From Armatimonadia bacterium (GTDB lineage Bacteria; Armatimonadota; Zipacnadia; Zipacnadales; UBA11051), in contig JBDKRC010000207.1 in the NCBI GenBank assembly GCA_039683575.1, positions 1 to 39,441 of the forward strand: 39,441 nt of DNA, in the 5' to 3' direction. Made by a program: the position numbers and the translations under genes. Every line of letters begins with the position of its first letter. Positions within the stretch are counted from its first letter, which is position 1. The notes under the pieces were generated by a model, which saw nothing but the letters and a program-made list of their open reading frames with translations, searched no databases and had not been told where the DNA came from. Of the stretch, positions 1 through 9,297 are shown one piece after another.

Positions 1-258
1 GAAAGCGGGCATCTGGGCGGCGACTTTGCGAGCATCCAAAACCCACACTTCAAGGCCGCAGGAAAGCAACTGCCGGGCGAGAAACTTACTATGCAAACAG
101 CTTTCCATCACCACGCGGAGGTCATCCGCCAAACCAAGCAAATACTCGGGCAACTCGGCGTTGGCCACCGAGCGGGCGCGGGAGACTTCCCCCGTCTGGT
201 CGTCCACAAAAACCACCGTCGTCTTGGCCTGATGTACATCCAATCCAACATGTTGCAT
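1..258 (-). CDS. IS110-family transposase, N-terminal part (runs off the window start)
   Basis: Not in the ORF track; translated by hand from ATG at 258: MQHVGLDVHQAKTTVVFVDDQTGEV...LRVVMESCLHSKFLARQLLSCGLEVWVLDARKV. The GLDVH and VVME motifs match the first two acidic residues of the IS110 DEDD (RuvC-like) domain. GGAG SD lies upstream. Confidence 0.85.
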   Translation of the reverse strand, partial: MQHVGLDVHQAKTTVVFVDDQTGEVSRARSVANAELPEYLLGLADDLRVVMESCLHSKFLARQLLSCGLEVWVLDARKVAAQMPAF

Positions 259-261
259 TTT

Positions 262-324
262 CGGTCTGCTCCGTTCAAGGACGAATCGCTAACACCTTAT
301 TCGCCTTGAGTGGGGAGCAGACCG
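262..324 (-). promoter_or_regulatory. Long hairpin sequestering the transposase RBS
   Basis: CGGTCTGCTCC (262-272) is the perfect reverse complement of GGAGCAGACCG (314-324). Inner stem is TCAAGGACGAAT / ATTCGCCTTGA. The SD GGAG lies in the outer stem. Confidence 0.7.
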
Positions 325-424
325 TTCTATGTTATCCTACCTACCGGGCAATGGCGGGTAGCGGGATCTGGGTCGTAGATGGTCTTTGTAAAGCTGGTAC
401 AGCTTCGGTAAATGAGGGCTAACG

Positions 425-1333
425 ATGAGAGAGATCAAGTCCATCACCGGGTTGCGCGTCATTTCTGTGGACGAGGGGGCAAGTGTGGGTGTGGTCAGTG
501 AGGTAGTGGTGGATCTGGCTGCGGGGACTGTCCTGGGCCTGATTCTGGGCAATGGGGCGGGCGAGCGGGGCGTGGCGGCGGAGGACATCCAGACCATTGG
601 CACCGATGTGATCATGATCTCCAGCCGGGGCGTGGCGCGGCATCTTTCCGAACTGCCGGAGCTGGAGAAGCGGAAGTCGGGACATGCCGGTGGGCTGCCG
701 GTCTTCACGGCCTCGGGACGGCGACTGGGCATGATCTCCGCCATTTTCATCGACCCCTACGAGAAGAATGTGGCCCGCTATGAGGTATCGGGCGGCCCGC
801 TGAAGGATCTGGCGGACGGGATTCTGATCATGCCGATCATTCCGGGGACGGTCCACGGGCAGGACGCCGTGATCGTGCCGGACGAGGCGGCGCAGGAACT
901 GGGGCGCGAGGCCGGCGGGCTGCGGGCGCGTTTCGGACAGTGGGGCGATACAGCCCGCAAGCAGGCCCAGCAGGTGGGCGACACCGCCCGCAAGCAGGTC
1001 CAGCAGGTCGCTGAGAGCGCCGAGAAGATCGTGGATACGTCCGCCGAGACGCTGAAGAAGGAAGCGGCAGTGGTGCGCGAGCGGGCGGTTGACCTTGGGG
1101 CGAAGGCGCGCGAGGCAGTGACGAAGCTGGGTGAGAAGGAAGAGAGCGCCGCCATCGAGGCGGAGGCGCCCGGTGAGGGTGCGCCGCTGGCGGTAGTTGT
1201 CGAGCAACCCGATGAGATCGTGGCTGCGGCCCCGCATGAGCCGGAGAAAGAGCAGATAATCGCTAAGGAAGAGCCGGAAGCAGAGACCACCGAAGAGGCG
1301 GCTGCCCCGACCGAGGAATCCACGGAGTCGTAA
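425..1333 (+). CDS. PRC-barrel domain protein (two PRC barrels) with a helical and acidic low-complexity C-terminus
   Basis: Two repeats of the G(L)xV...G..vG.v.dv..D pattern (GLRVISVDEGASVGVVSEVVVD; GLPVFTASGRRLGMISAIFID). E/A-rich tail. Stop overlaps the murB start (TAATG). Confidence 0.75.
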   Translation: MREIKSITGLRVISVDEGASVGVVSEVVVDLAAGTVLGLILGNGAGERGVAAEDIQTIGTDVIMISSRGVARHLSELPELEKRKSGHAGGLPVFTASGRRLGMISAIFIDPYEKNVARYEVSGGPLKDLADGILIMPIIPGTVHGQDAVIVPDEAAQELGREAGGLRARFGQWGDTARKQAQQVGDTARKQVQQVAESAEKIVDTSAETLKKEAAVVRERAVDLGAKAREAVTKLGEKEESAAIEAEAPGEGAPLAVVVEQPDEIVAAAPHEPEKEQIIAKEEPEAETTEEAAAPTEESTES

Positions 1334-2241
1334 TGATCGCAAGGCAGACGTCGGTTTTTTATGGGCTCGAGGATGTCGAGGTCCACGAGCATGAGCCAAT
1401 GTCGGCACATACGTCGTTCGGCATCGGCGGGCCCGCTGACATCCTGGCGATCCCGCACACGCTGACGGCGCTGCGGCGCGTTTTGGCCGCGGTGGCCGAG
1501 GCTCAACTGCCGCTGCTCATCATTGGCAACGGCACCAACATCATCGTCCGTGACGGTGGGTTCCGCGGGGTGGTTGTCAAGCTGGGCGAGCAGCTCGGGC
1601 GGATCAGGCAGGAGGGGACGCGGATCGTGGCGGAGAGCGGGGCGAGTCTGGGACGGGTCTGCGTCTTCGCAGCGGATGCGGGGCTGGCCGGTCTGACATG
1701 GGCAGCGGGCATTCCGGGAACGATTGGCGGGGCGGTGTGGATGAACGCCGGGGCCAGTGGTGGGGACATGGGGCATTGCGTCGAGCGCCTGACAGCCTAT
1801 GATCTCTCGGGCGGGGAACTGGTGCTCGAGCATGACGAGCTGGATTTCTCCTACCGGCACAGCGCGCTGCAGGGGCGGGCGCTGGTGGTGGCCGAGGTGA
1901 CCCTGAAGCTGGAGCCGGGCGATCCGGTGGCGCTGCACCGAGAGCTTTGTGAGACTATTGAGAAGCGCTGCGGCAAGCAGCCGCTGAAGGAGCCGAGCGC
2001 GGGGTGCATCTTCAAGCGGCCGCCGACTGATTACGCGGGGCGGCTGATCGAGAGCGTGGGCGGCAAGGGGCTGACAGTGGGAGGGGCGCAGATCTCGAGC
2101 AAGCACGCCGGGTTCATCGTCAACACCGGCGGCGCGACGGCGAACGATGTGCTGGAACTGGTGCAGTTGGTGCGGCAGCGGGTCTATGACCAGCACGGGA
2201 TCTGGCTTGAGCAGGAGGTCTGCGTGGTGGGGGAGGAGTAG
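1333..2241 (+). CDS. murB: UDP-N-acetylenolpyruvoylglucosamine reductase
   Basis: HTSFGIGGPAD, IGNGTNI, GIPGTIGGAVWMNAGA, FSYRHS, SAGCIFKRP and SSKHAGFIVN motifs. Confidence 0.97.
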   Translation: MIARQTSVFYGLEDVEVHEHEPMSAHTSFGIGGPADILAIPHTLTALRRVLAAVAEAQLPLLIIGNGTNIIVRDGGFRGVVVKLGEQLGRIRQEGTRIVAESGASLGRVCVFAADAGLAGLTWAAGIPGTIGGAVWMNAGASGGDMGHCVERLTAYDLSGGELVLEHDELDFSYRHSALQGRALVVAEVTLKLEPGDPVALHRELCETIEKRCGKQPLKEPSAGCIFKRPPTDYAGRLIESVGGKGLTVGGAQISSKHAGFIVNTGGATANDVLELVQLVRQRVYDQHGIWLEQEVCVVGEE

Positions 2242-2266
2242 GGGGAGGAGACGAAGAGCAATGATG

Positions 2267-2293
2267 AAGCCCGGCCATTTGGCCGGGCTTTTG
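2267..2293 (+). terminator. Rho-independent terminator after murB (possibly bidirectional)
   Basis: AAGCCCGGCCA-TT-TGGCCGGGCTT followed by TTGT, between convergent genes. Confidence 0.75.
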
Positions 2294-2325
2294 TGGTTCT
2301 ATGGATGCCGTGAGCGGATGTCCCC

Positions 2326-4995
2326 TCAGCGGGACCGCTCCGCGACCGCCAGGACCAGCGTCCGGTGGGGAGGGAGGGACACGCGGCAGGAGAGGCTCTC
2401 CCCCGCGCCCTCGGCCCGGTAGGTCTCCCCCGTCAGTTTCGAATCGAAGGCAATGGCCCCTGACTGGCCGAGAGCCCGGTCCCACCAAGCCCGGTCCAGC
2501 GTGAGCGTAGCCTCCCGCGCCTGGCCGGAGGTGTTGGCGACCGCCAGCAAGGTCCCCTTGCCCCGACCGAAGCGCTCAACCCTGACCTCCGGCACCTCGG
2601 TCCGAGCATGCGTTACCGGCTCCCAGCCGGCGTGGTTGAGGGCGTCGAAGACGGGCAGGTATCTGGCAAACAGCGCCCGGTCGCGCGTTAGCAGGCTCGG
2701 GTCCTCCAGGTAGCGGTGCAGGTACCGGTAGCCGGCCTCGGTACCGCCGCCGGCGGTGCTGATCCCCGGCCAGAACCCGTAGAGAAGCTGGTTGGCGAGG
2801 TAGTCCTCCATCTCAGCCGAGGTCATCGCCGGCACCCGCTCAAGAACTGCCCAGCGCCATTGCAGCAAGTTCGAGACTGGTCGGCGGAAGGCATAGATGC
2901 GCTGCTGAAGGGCGTCGTCATCTCCCTGGGGGCCCGCCAGCTCGCAGCCAACAACGTCGCCGAGGTGCCCGTAGAGGCGCGTGGCCGGGGGGAAGAGGTT
3001 GAGCATGAGCAGCTTCTTGCGCCGGTGCAGGTCGTCGCGCAGTGAGCGCATGAACTCATAGTCGGAGAAGCCGCTGAGCACCACCGGGGTCCCTGTGCGC
3101 AGCGAGAAGCCCAGTGGCAAGTCGGCCGCTGCCAGATGGCCGGGGGCATGGTCCTCGAACTCGGCATGGGTCATGCTGACGCTATCGAGGTAGATGCCGT
3201 CGGCCCACTGCAGGGCCGGCTCGATCTCGTACTTGCGGCACACCGAGGCGATGTTGGGCTCCGGGAGGTCGGGGTCGGTGTTCAATTGCCACCACTGGGA
3301 CCAGGAGCTGTAGAGGTCTACGAGGTGAGCGCCGAGGCCGTCGTCCCCGACGAGCAGGGAGTTGAGCACCGCCTGGGCCACCTCGGCGCGCGGGGCACCG
3401 TTCCACTTCGGCCCGTCCCCCTGCTCTGCGGCCCACTGTTTGAGGGCCGCGAGGCGCTGCTCGTAGGGCGGCATTTCTGCCTTTGACTTCGCTTCCGGAA
3501 AGCTCTGACGCCGCCCCCACGGTTCGCTGTAGACGAAGGTGAGCAGGCCATGGGCCCGGCAGTAGTCGCGCATTTCCTGGGTCAGGGTGTTGCACTCGTA
3601 ATAGGCTAAGCCGAACTCCTCCGGGGTGGCGGCTGGCGGCCGCGGCACCCGCAGCGTCCACGCCCCGCCGCGCTCCGTACCTCCCTCAAACAGTGTGGGG
3701 AAGAGTGCGTAGTAACGCTCCAGCGCGGCGCGAAAGGTCCAGGCGGGGTCGTGGCGGTAGAGGGAAAAGGCGAACCTGCCACGGGCCCGCGGCGCTGCAG
3801 GAGAGAGCCCGAGGTCCACGGTGGTCACGAGGCCGCCCGAGTCAGCGGAAAAGGCCTGTAGGGCCGACTGATCCAGCGGCGCGGCCAGCCCCAGGCCTAC
3901 CGCTCCCCGGCTGACCGAGGCCAATGGATAGCGGCTGAGGCGGTGTCCCGCCAGGCCCACCCCGGCTTCATAGTGACCTCCGGGGGCGACCACTTCGTCA
4001 TGGCCGGGAGCAGCGGACCAAGTCCAGCCCTCGAGGGCCAGCGGCAGACGGTAGCGCAACTGCAGGCAGCGCCCTCGCGGTTGCGGCCCGATGGGCGTGA
4101 CCTCAACGACAGCGCGCAGTTGCCCGGCCTCGCTGGTGTAGAGCGTGTCGAAGGCCAGACCGGCCGACGGCAGTTCGGCCCTCTGCCGCAGACCCCCGCC
4201 AGTTGGCACAACCTTCGCGTTGACGGCGACCTCCTCGCTCCAGCCGCCGGACTTGACGCTCACCCGCAGGTCGTCAATGTCGGCCTGCAGGTCGCCGCCG
4301 CGGTAGACACGCAAGGAGAGGCGAGCGGAGACCGCGTTCTCGGGGGCGACGTAGCTTGAGGAGAGGCGCTCCCAGGTGTCGGCCTGGTTGTTGGCGAGGT
4401 CGGAGCGATAGTGGGCCTGGGAGTAGGGGCTATAGACCCAGCCGGCGGGCGCGGGGGTGGTGGCGGTGATGTCGCGGCCCTGCCGGTCAAAGAGCCGCAG
4501 GCAGATGATGTAGGTGAGGTCGGTCTTGTGGGTGCGCGCCCACCAGGAGATAGTGCAGTCACCGCCCGGAGGCAGGGGGATGGCCCTGGCGACGGCCATT
4601 CCGGCGCCGACGCTTTTGCCGTCGCCGAGCCTCAGGTAGGCTTCCCCTTCCGGCGCGTCGCCGGTGAGGCGCTTGACGTAGTCGCCGTTGTTCTCCCAGT
4701 CGGCGAAGGCGGCGGAGGTCCAGGTCTGCTCCTGCCCCTCGGCCCCGAGGCGCAGGACCAGACGCTCGGGCTCGGCCGGGTTTCGAGAAAACTCCCGGAA
4801 GGACAGGCCGCCGGTCGCGCCAGCCGCTAGCTTCAGGGCGTGGCCACCTACCGCGAAGCCCTCGATCCGGCCGGTTACGTCGGCGAGGGTGACGGACACA
4901 CCATCGTCTGTCCGCCACTGGGCCGCCGGGGCGGCCGTGCAGAGGACCAGGAGCCCCGAGATGATAGCAATCGAGGCCTTCGCAGCGTGTCTCAT
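2326..4995 (-). CDS. Secreted multidomain protein, putative glycoside hydrolase-like with an N-terminal carbohydrate-binding-like domain
   Basis: Signal peptide MRHAAKASIAIISGLLVLCTAAPAAQ with a GAGGGAG SD before ATG 4995. CBM-like beta-sandwich (ISWWART...IDDLRV). TIM-barrel-like region with ADGIYLDS. The function is inferred. Confidence 0.55.
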   Translation of the reverse strand: MRHAAKASIAIISGLLVLCTAAPAAQWRTDDGVSVTLADVTGRIEGFAVGGHALKLAAGATGGLSFREFSRNPAEPERLVLRLGAEGQEQTWTSAAFADWENNGDYVKRLTGDAPEGEAYLRLGDGKSVGAGMAVARAIPLPPGGDCTISWWARTHKTDLTYIICLRLFDRQGRDITATTPAPAGWVYSPYSQAHYRSDLANNQADTWERLSSSYVAPENAVSARLSLRVYRGGDLQADIDDLRVSVKSGGWSEEVAVNAKVVPTGGGLRQRAELPSAGLAFDTLYTSEAGQLRAVVEVTPIGPQPRGRCLQLRYRLPLALEGWTWSAAPGHDEVVAPGGHYEAGVGLAGHRLSRYPLASVSRGAVGLGLAAPLDQSALQAFSADSGGLVTTVDLGLSPAAPRARGRFAFSLYRHDPAWTFRAALERYYALFPTLFEGGTERGGAWTLRVPRPPAATPEEFGLAYYECNTLTQEMRDYCRAHGLLTFVYSEPWGRRQSFPEAKSKAEMPPYEQRLAALKQWAAEQGDGPKWNGAPRAEVAQAVLNSLLVGDDGLGAHLVDLYSSWSQWWQLNTDPDLPEPNIASVCRKYEIEPALQWADGIYLDSVSMTHAEFEDHAPGHLAAADLPLGFSLRTGTPVVLSGFSDYEFMRSLRDDLHRRKKLLMLNLFPPATRLYGHLGDVVGCELAGPQGDDDALQQRIYAFRRPVSNLLQWRWAVLERVPAMTSAEMEDYLANQLLYGFWPGISTAGGGTEAGYRYLHRYLEDPSLLTRDRALFARYLPVFDALNHAGWEPVTHARTEVPEVRVERFGRGKGTLLAVANTSGQAREATLTLDRAWWDRALGQSGAIAFDSKLTGETYRAEGAGESLSCRVSLPPHRTLVLAVAERSR

Positions 4996-5085
4996 GGCAG
5001 TTCTCCCTCGCGGAGACTTCATGGCAGCTATCCCCGCAGGGCGGCTATGGTGCCGTCCGGAGGGCGTGCTCGAACGCCCCGACGG

Positions 5086-5418
5086 TTACGCCGGGGGGCA
5101 GTCGGCCGGCGCCGTCGGCTTCCGCGGCCGCAGGCCGAAGTGGCATAGTAGCGGGCGCCAGTTCAGCACGATGTGCATCACGCCCGACAAGACCAGGAGA
5201 TACCCGAGCCATTCGTGAAGCAGCTTGGGGAAGATTGCGGGATGCCGAGGCGGCACCTCCGGAGCGTGCGTCTCGGCGCCGCCGCCATCCACGTCGGCTA
5301 CCACTCGCTCGCCCTGCCCCGGGGGCGGGGCGTGGCGCGGCCCGAACGCCATCTGCAAACCAGTGAACGAGACCAGAATGAACGACACCGTCAGCACGAT
5401 GGACGTGACTCTGCGCAT
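5086..5418 (-). CDS. DUF4405-like small membrane protein
   Basis: TM segment ending in TG, then HEWLGYLLVLSGVMHIVLNW (two His in a TM helix). GGAGG SD. Confidence 0.75.
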   Translation of the reverse strand: MRRVTSIVLTVSFILVSFTGLQMAFGPRHAPPPGQGERVVADVDGGGAETHAPEVPPRHPAIFPKLLHEWLGYLLVLSGVMHIVLNWRPLLCHFGLRPRKPTAPADCPPA

Positions 5419-5466
5419 GGACAGACCCTCCGCGCGGCGAGGCCGGCAGCACTTCTGGAGCAGAGG

Positions 5467-7686
5467 CTATAGCTGTTTGTCGTTGCTGAGCATGTCGGTC
5501 CACCATTTGCGCTGATCGCGAGTCGTGGTGGCGTCTTCTTTGGGCGCTACGTATGGCTTGGTGAGGGAGACGGCGCGGAGCCAGTCGGCGCCGGGGCTGC
5601 GCAGTCGGAACGAATGGACCTGCACCTGCAGCGGATCGAGGCGGAGGTAGACGCCCGGCTGGTTGCGCTTGAAGGCCTCGTCAGAGAACTTCATGATCGG
5701 GTCCCAACGTCGGACGGCCAGGTCGCCGGAGTAGTTGAGCAGGAGGCGCTGGGCGCTGACGGGCTCGCCACGGAACTCCAGTGTGACGTCGCGGGGGGTG
5801 CTGGTGTTGTTCCACAGCACCACGATGCCCTCGCCGCCGCGGATGAACGGGTGATAGGTGATGATGGTGGCGCCGTCGCGGGAGGCGTCAGGAGTGTCGG
5901 CCAGCGCAGCCTGCGGCGCAGCCCCGCCAAGCTCCCGGGAGAGGGCCTGGACGACCGTGGCGAGCGGGTCTGGCTTGCCGTCGCTGGTGGTCACCGGGTT
6001 CAGCCCGAAAGCGTCCTCGACAGACCGCTGGGGCGGGAGAATGAGGCCGGTGTTGGCATGGGTGAAGGACTTGGTCATGATCCGGGCGAGGTAGAGGGCA
6101 TCCAGGCGGGCGTCGCCCGAAGAGGCGGCGTGAAGCTCGTCAACGAGAAGCGGGATGTTCAGGTCGCGCTCGCGCAGCAGGAGGCAGGTCTGCAGGAGAT
6201 CCACCTGCCTGGGGAGGCTGATCGAGGCACCGCCGACGGCTTCGGGGCTGCCATCCAGCTTCTCGGCTACCACGCAGGGCGGGGCGAGCGCCGGCAGCCG
6301 GCAGACGGCAACCACTGCCCCGGCGAGGCGATCCTTGGTGAGGAGATTGGCTTTGACCGGCAGCAGCGCGTCTTTGGTCCAGTCACGGGCGATAGTCAAC
6401 GGGGCCGAGAAGACAGTGGGCGGCAACTGCAACTTGCGCAGGGCGGAGATGAACTGCGGCGTGACCGTCCCAAGGGTCAGCGCCTCACCCGTGGTGTAGG
6501 GCAGCCAGTAGCTGGGCGTGAGCTTACCACAAAGCTGCGTGAGCGCGGCGAGGTACTGTGGCGCGGTGAGACTGCCTACCAGGGGCGCAGCCATGTACTC
6601 CATGCCGCGGCTCTTGATCTGGGCAGCCATCGGTTCGTAGGCCGCCAGGTCGGGCGGAGCGGCGAGCAGGTGCAGGTCAATGGGCAGTGCCTGAAGGGCT
6701 GTGAGCTGGTCAGTGTTGACCTGATCGTGCCAGATCGTGCCGATGAGGGGATAGCCGGGCAGGCACTTGATCTTGACAGGCAGCGAAGCCTGCTGGCCAG
6801 CGGAACTGAAGGTGAGCTTGATCCAGAACTCGCCCTGGCGGAGACTCTGGATGGCGGTGTGGAAGCGGGTTGTGCCTTCCTGTTTGACCGGGACGGTCCA
6901 GGCAGGGGCATCCACGCCGAGCGGGGCGGCCACTCTGACGTCCAGATCCTTCTCGAGATGACCGCGGTTGACGGCGAAGACCAGCAGGCCGCTGCGGTAG
7001 CCGCGGTAGCACTCAAAGTCCGGACGGACGCCAAGTTCGATGCCATTGACGTTCAGGAGCAGTTCGGTGGCGCTGCCGAGTTCCTTGACCGTCGCGTCGA
7101 GGTTTCCTTCGGGCTGCCAGCCATCCGGCAGCAGGTCGGTCTCAGCCTTCTGGCCTGTCAACGCGGGCGGAGCGGCGGAAGGCATGGTATCGGGCTGGAG
7201 AGTGAGGTCATCAAGCTGCCACGAGCCAGCGGGGCCAAGGGCTGCAAAGCCCAGACGCGGCGCCGCATTCCCAGGGAGGGGCGGGACAACGAGCGTGAGC
7301 GAGATCTTGTGCCAGTTGGCGTCCGCCGGGGGCAGCGCCTGCCAGATGAAGGCGTCCGAGGCGTCAGCGGGACCCGTGCCGAGGCGCAGGCCGAGAACCG
7401 CGGCGCCCTGGGGGCGGCGCAGAGAGAAGCTGAGGTTTACGACCGCGCCGGTCTGGACGCCGGTGAGGGGCGCCGACCAGGCCCAGGCGGGAGTGGCTGT
7501 ATCGCTTTGCAGGGCCAGGGCACCCTTGCCAGCAGCGGGCTTATCCTTGCTGAAGGAGGCCTTGCCGCTGAGCTCCCAGCCAGCGGGCGGGGCCTCAAAA
7601 TCGCCGCCAGGCACCAGCATCTGCGCCTGCAGGGCCAGTGGCAGGAGTAGAGCGCCCAAAATGGCCGCGGTTTTCAGTGTGTTCAT
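5467..7686 (-). CDS. Secreted hypothetical protein with an N-terminal CBM-like domain
   Basis: Signal peptide MNTLKTAAILGALLLPLALQAQ. LVPGGDFE...W and LDDLTL pattern of a CBM4/9-like fold. GAGGA SD before ATG 7686; alternative start at 7713 overlaps the upstream stop. Confidence 0.6.
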   Translation of the reverse strand: MNTLKTAAILGALLLPLALQAQMLVPGGDFEAPPAGWELSGKASFSKDKPAAGKGALALQSDTATPAWAWSAPLTGVQTGAVVNLSFSLRRPQGAAVLGLRLGTGPADASDAFIWQALPPADANWHKISLTLVVPPLPGNAAPRLGFAALGPAGSWQLDDLTLQPDTMPSAAPPALTGQKAETDLLPDGWQPEGNLDATVKELGSATELLLNVNGIELGVRPDFECYRGYRSGLLVFAVNRGHLEKDLDVRVAAPLGVDAPAWTVPVKQEGTTRFHTAIQSLRQGEFWIKLTFSSAGQQASLPVKIKCLPGYPLIGTIWHDQVNTDQLTALQALPIDLHLLAAPPDLAAYEPMAAQIKSRGMEYMAAPLVGSLTAPQYLAALTQLCGKLTPSYWLPYTTGEALTLGTVTPQFISALRKLQLPPTVFSAPLTIARDWTKDALLPVKANLLTKDRLAGAVVAVCRLPALAPPCVVAEKLDGSPEAVGGASISLPRQVDLLQTCLLLRERDLNIPLLVDELHAASSGDARLDALYLARIMTKSFTHANTGLILPPQRSVEDAFGLNPVTTSDGKPDPLATVVQALSRELGGAAPQAALADTPDASRDGATIITYHPFIRGGEGIVVLWNNTSTPRDVTLEFRGEPVSAQRLLLNYSGDLAVRRWDPIMKFSDEAFKRNQPGVYLRLDPLQVQVHSFRLRSPGADWLRAVSLTKPYVAPKEDATTTRDQRKWWTDMLSNDKQL

Positions 7687-7712
7687 CTCGCTAGGTCCTC
7701 TGCGATCGGGCA

Positions 7713-8798
7713 TTAGATGTCTTCGGTGAACTTGAATATGCCGTTCACGTATGCGGTCATGGCGAATTTGATGATGAAGATGATGGCGACCGCGCTGATG
7801 AGCACGAGCACGCCGTAGGCGGTGATCAACATTACCCAGTGCAATCGCGAACGCCCCTCCCGCCAGTGCTGCATCATGACGTCGAGGGTATGCTCGTAGG
7901 TGCCCGCGCGCTGGGCGAGGATGAGGCTCTCGGCGATGTCGCGGGTGAGGCCCGTGCTGCCGCGCAGGGCCTGCTCGATGGGCTGCCCGGCGCGAACGCG
8001 CTCAGCGACTGCAGTAAGTGATTTCTCCAGGACTACGTTACCCGTGGCCTGCGCGGCCAAGGCCAGGGCTTCCTGAATCTGCACGCCGGCCCGGAGCAGG
8101 GCATCGAGCGAGACGAGAAAGCGCGTCAGGGCCGCCTGGCGGATGAGCTGGCGGGAGCCGGGCAGATAGTACAGGAGCATCTGAACCGGGCCGAGCAGCA
8201 CTGGGATCGCGCCGATGAGCTTGGCGAGGTTCCAGACTACAAACGTTCCCACCAGGATCGGCGCCGCGACGTTCCGCAGGTAGTCAAGGTACAGGTACCA
8301 TTGCGGCCCCTTGGGGTCGATGATGCGCATCAGACCGGGGACGAGCACGGCCAGGACGAAGATCAGGCCGAAGTAGACCTCGCCGATAGCCGCCTTCCAT
8401 TTGAGGCTCTGCTGCTGGCGGAGTTCCTCGGCGAGTTCCTGACACACCCGCGGCAGGGCACCGGCGCGCTCACCGGCCATGATCATGCCACGCACGTGTG
8501 GCGGGACTATTTGCGGATAGTTGGCCAGTTCGCCGGTCAGCGAACGGCCGGCGGCGGCGGCGTCCGCGATCTCCCTGCTCATCCGGCGCAGGCGGAAATC
8601 CAGGGCATGGGAGGCCATTTGCTCCATGGAGTCGCGCATGGTCAGACCGGCATTGAGCATGTCGCCGAGCTGCGTCAAGTACATGGCCAGGCGGCCGGGC
8701 GACAGGCGCCAAAGGGCATGGAAGGGGCTATAGCCCCAGCCTGAGCGCGAGACGCTCACAGGTTGCGCGCGTCGGACAGGTTTCGGGGCTCGATACAT
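7713..8798 (-). CDS. Type II secretion system F / PilC family inner-membrane platform protein
   Basis: Two T2SSF repeats (QLGDMLNAGL...AGRSLT...MIMAGERAGAL; SLDALLRAGV...AGQPIEQAL...QRAGT) with TM segments. Confidence 0.85.
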   Translation of the reverse strand: MYRAPKPVRRAQPVSVSRSGWGYSPFHALWRLSPGRLAMYLTQLGDMLNAGLTMRDSMEQMASHALDFRLRRMSREIADAAAAGRSLTGELANYPQIVPPHVRGMIMAGERAGALPRVCQELAEELRQQQSLKWKAAIGEVYFGLIFVLAVLVPGLMRIIDPKGPQWYLYLDYLRNVAAPILVGTFVVWNLAKLIGAIPVLLGPVQMLLYYLPGSRQLIRQAALTRFLVSLDALLRAGVQIQEALALAAQATGNVVLEKSLTAVAERVRAGQPIEQALRGSTGLTRDIAESLILAQRAGTYEHTLDVMMQHWREGRSRLHWVMLITAYGVLVLISAVAIIFIIKFAMTAYVNGIFKFTEDI

Positions 8799-8925
8799 GC
8801 GCGCCAGGTGCAGTCACCTCGGAAGCGATTCCCTACGGGGTGTGACAGATGCGGGAGCCAACTGTTTCCGCTACAGTTGGTAGTATTGCCGGAATGGGGT
8901 GCGGAGGGAAGGAGGCAGGGGTCAG

Positions 8926-9216
8926 AGGTGCGCCCGCGTTCAGTAAGTAGACTGTCGTCTCAGCTATTCCTGTTAGCATGCCACCCAGCCGTACGAGCGG
9001 CTTCCAGCCGCGAGGGCAACGCGCCTGGAGCAGGTCTTCCAGACCTGCGGAGCTGCTGAGCCGCCAAGCCAGGTTGAATCGACGAGAATGGTCGGTAGGC
9101 CGCTGCCGGCGCGGCTGGAAGCCGTGCCTGAGTGGTGTCATCTCGCGGCTGGAAGCCGCTCGTACGACCGAGGGCAATTCGCAGGGAAGGTCTACCTACT
9201 GAACTCGGATACACCC
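8926..9216. mobile_element. Putative MITE (291 bp) with imperfect 27-bp TIRs and an 8-bp flanking direct repeat
   Basis: Left end AGGTGCGCCCGCGTTCAGTAAGTAGAC versus right end (reverse complement) GGGTGTATCCGAGTTCAGTAGGTAGAC. GGGGTCAG occurs at 8918-8925 and 9217-9224. No credible ORF inside. Confidence 0.6.
8990..9166. repeat. REP-like doublet, family CGTACGAGCGGCTTCCAGCCGCGAG
   Basis: Perfect 25-bp inverted repeat at 8990-9014 / 9142-9166. Partial copy at 9109-9124. Identical copy at 32478-32502. Confidence 0.85.
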
Positions 9217-9244
9217 GGGGTCAGGTTCCAGGGGTCAGGGACGG

Positions 9245-9281
9245 CGGAGGGGCCGGATGCTTTTGGCATTCGGCCCCTCCG
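9245..9281. repeat. GC-rich hairpin (collapsed REP-like doublet or terminator) downstream of the Fe-S gene
   Basis: CGGAGGGGCCGGATGC / GCATTCGGCCCCTCCG. Shares CGGAGGGGCCG with 38635-38660. Confidence 0.6.
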
Positions 9282-9297
9282 GAAGGTGCGCTTGAGC

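Larger units (their letters stand above)
1..335 (-). mobile_element. IS110/IS1111-family insertion sequence, left end (boundary approximate)
   Basis: Transposase start plus a short (~75 nt) structured non-coding leader at 259-335. The exact end cannot be fixed without an empty-site comparison. Confidence 0.7.

Noticed and set aside
26-309. Plus-strand ORFs 26-232 and 91-309
   Set aside because: Antisense shadows of the IS110 transposase on the minus strand.
385-413. SigB/SigF-like promoter before the PRC-barrel gene
   Set aside because: The match to consensus is too weak to support.
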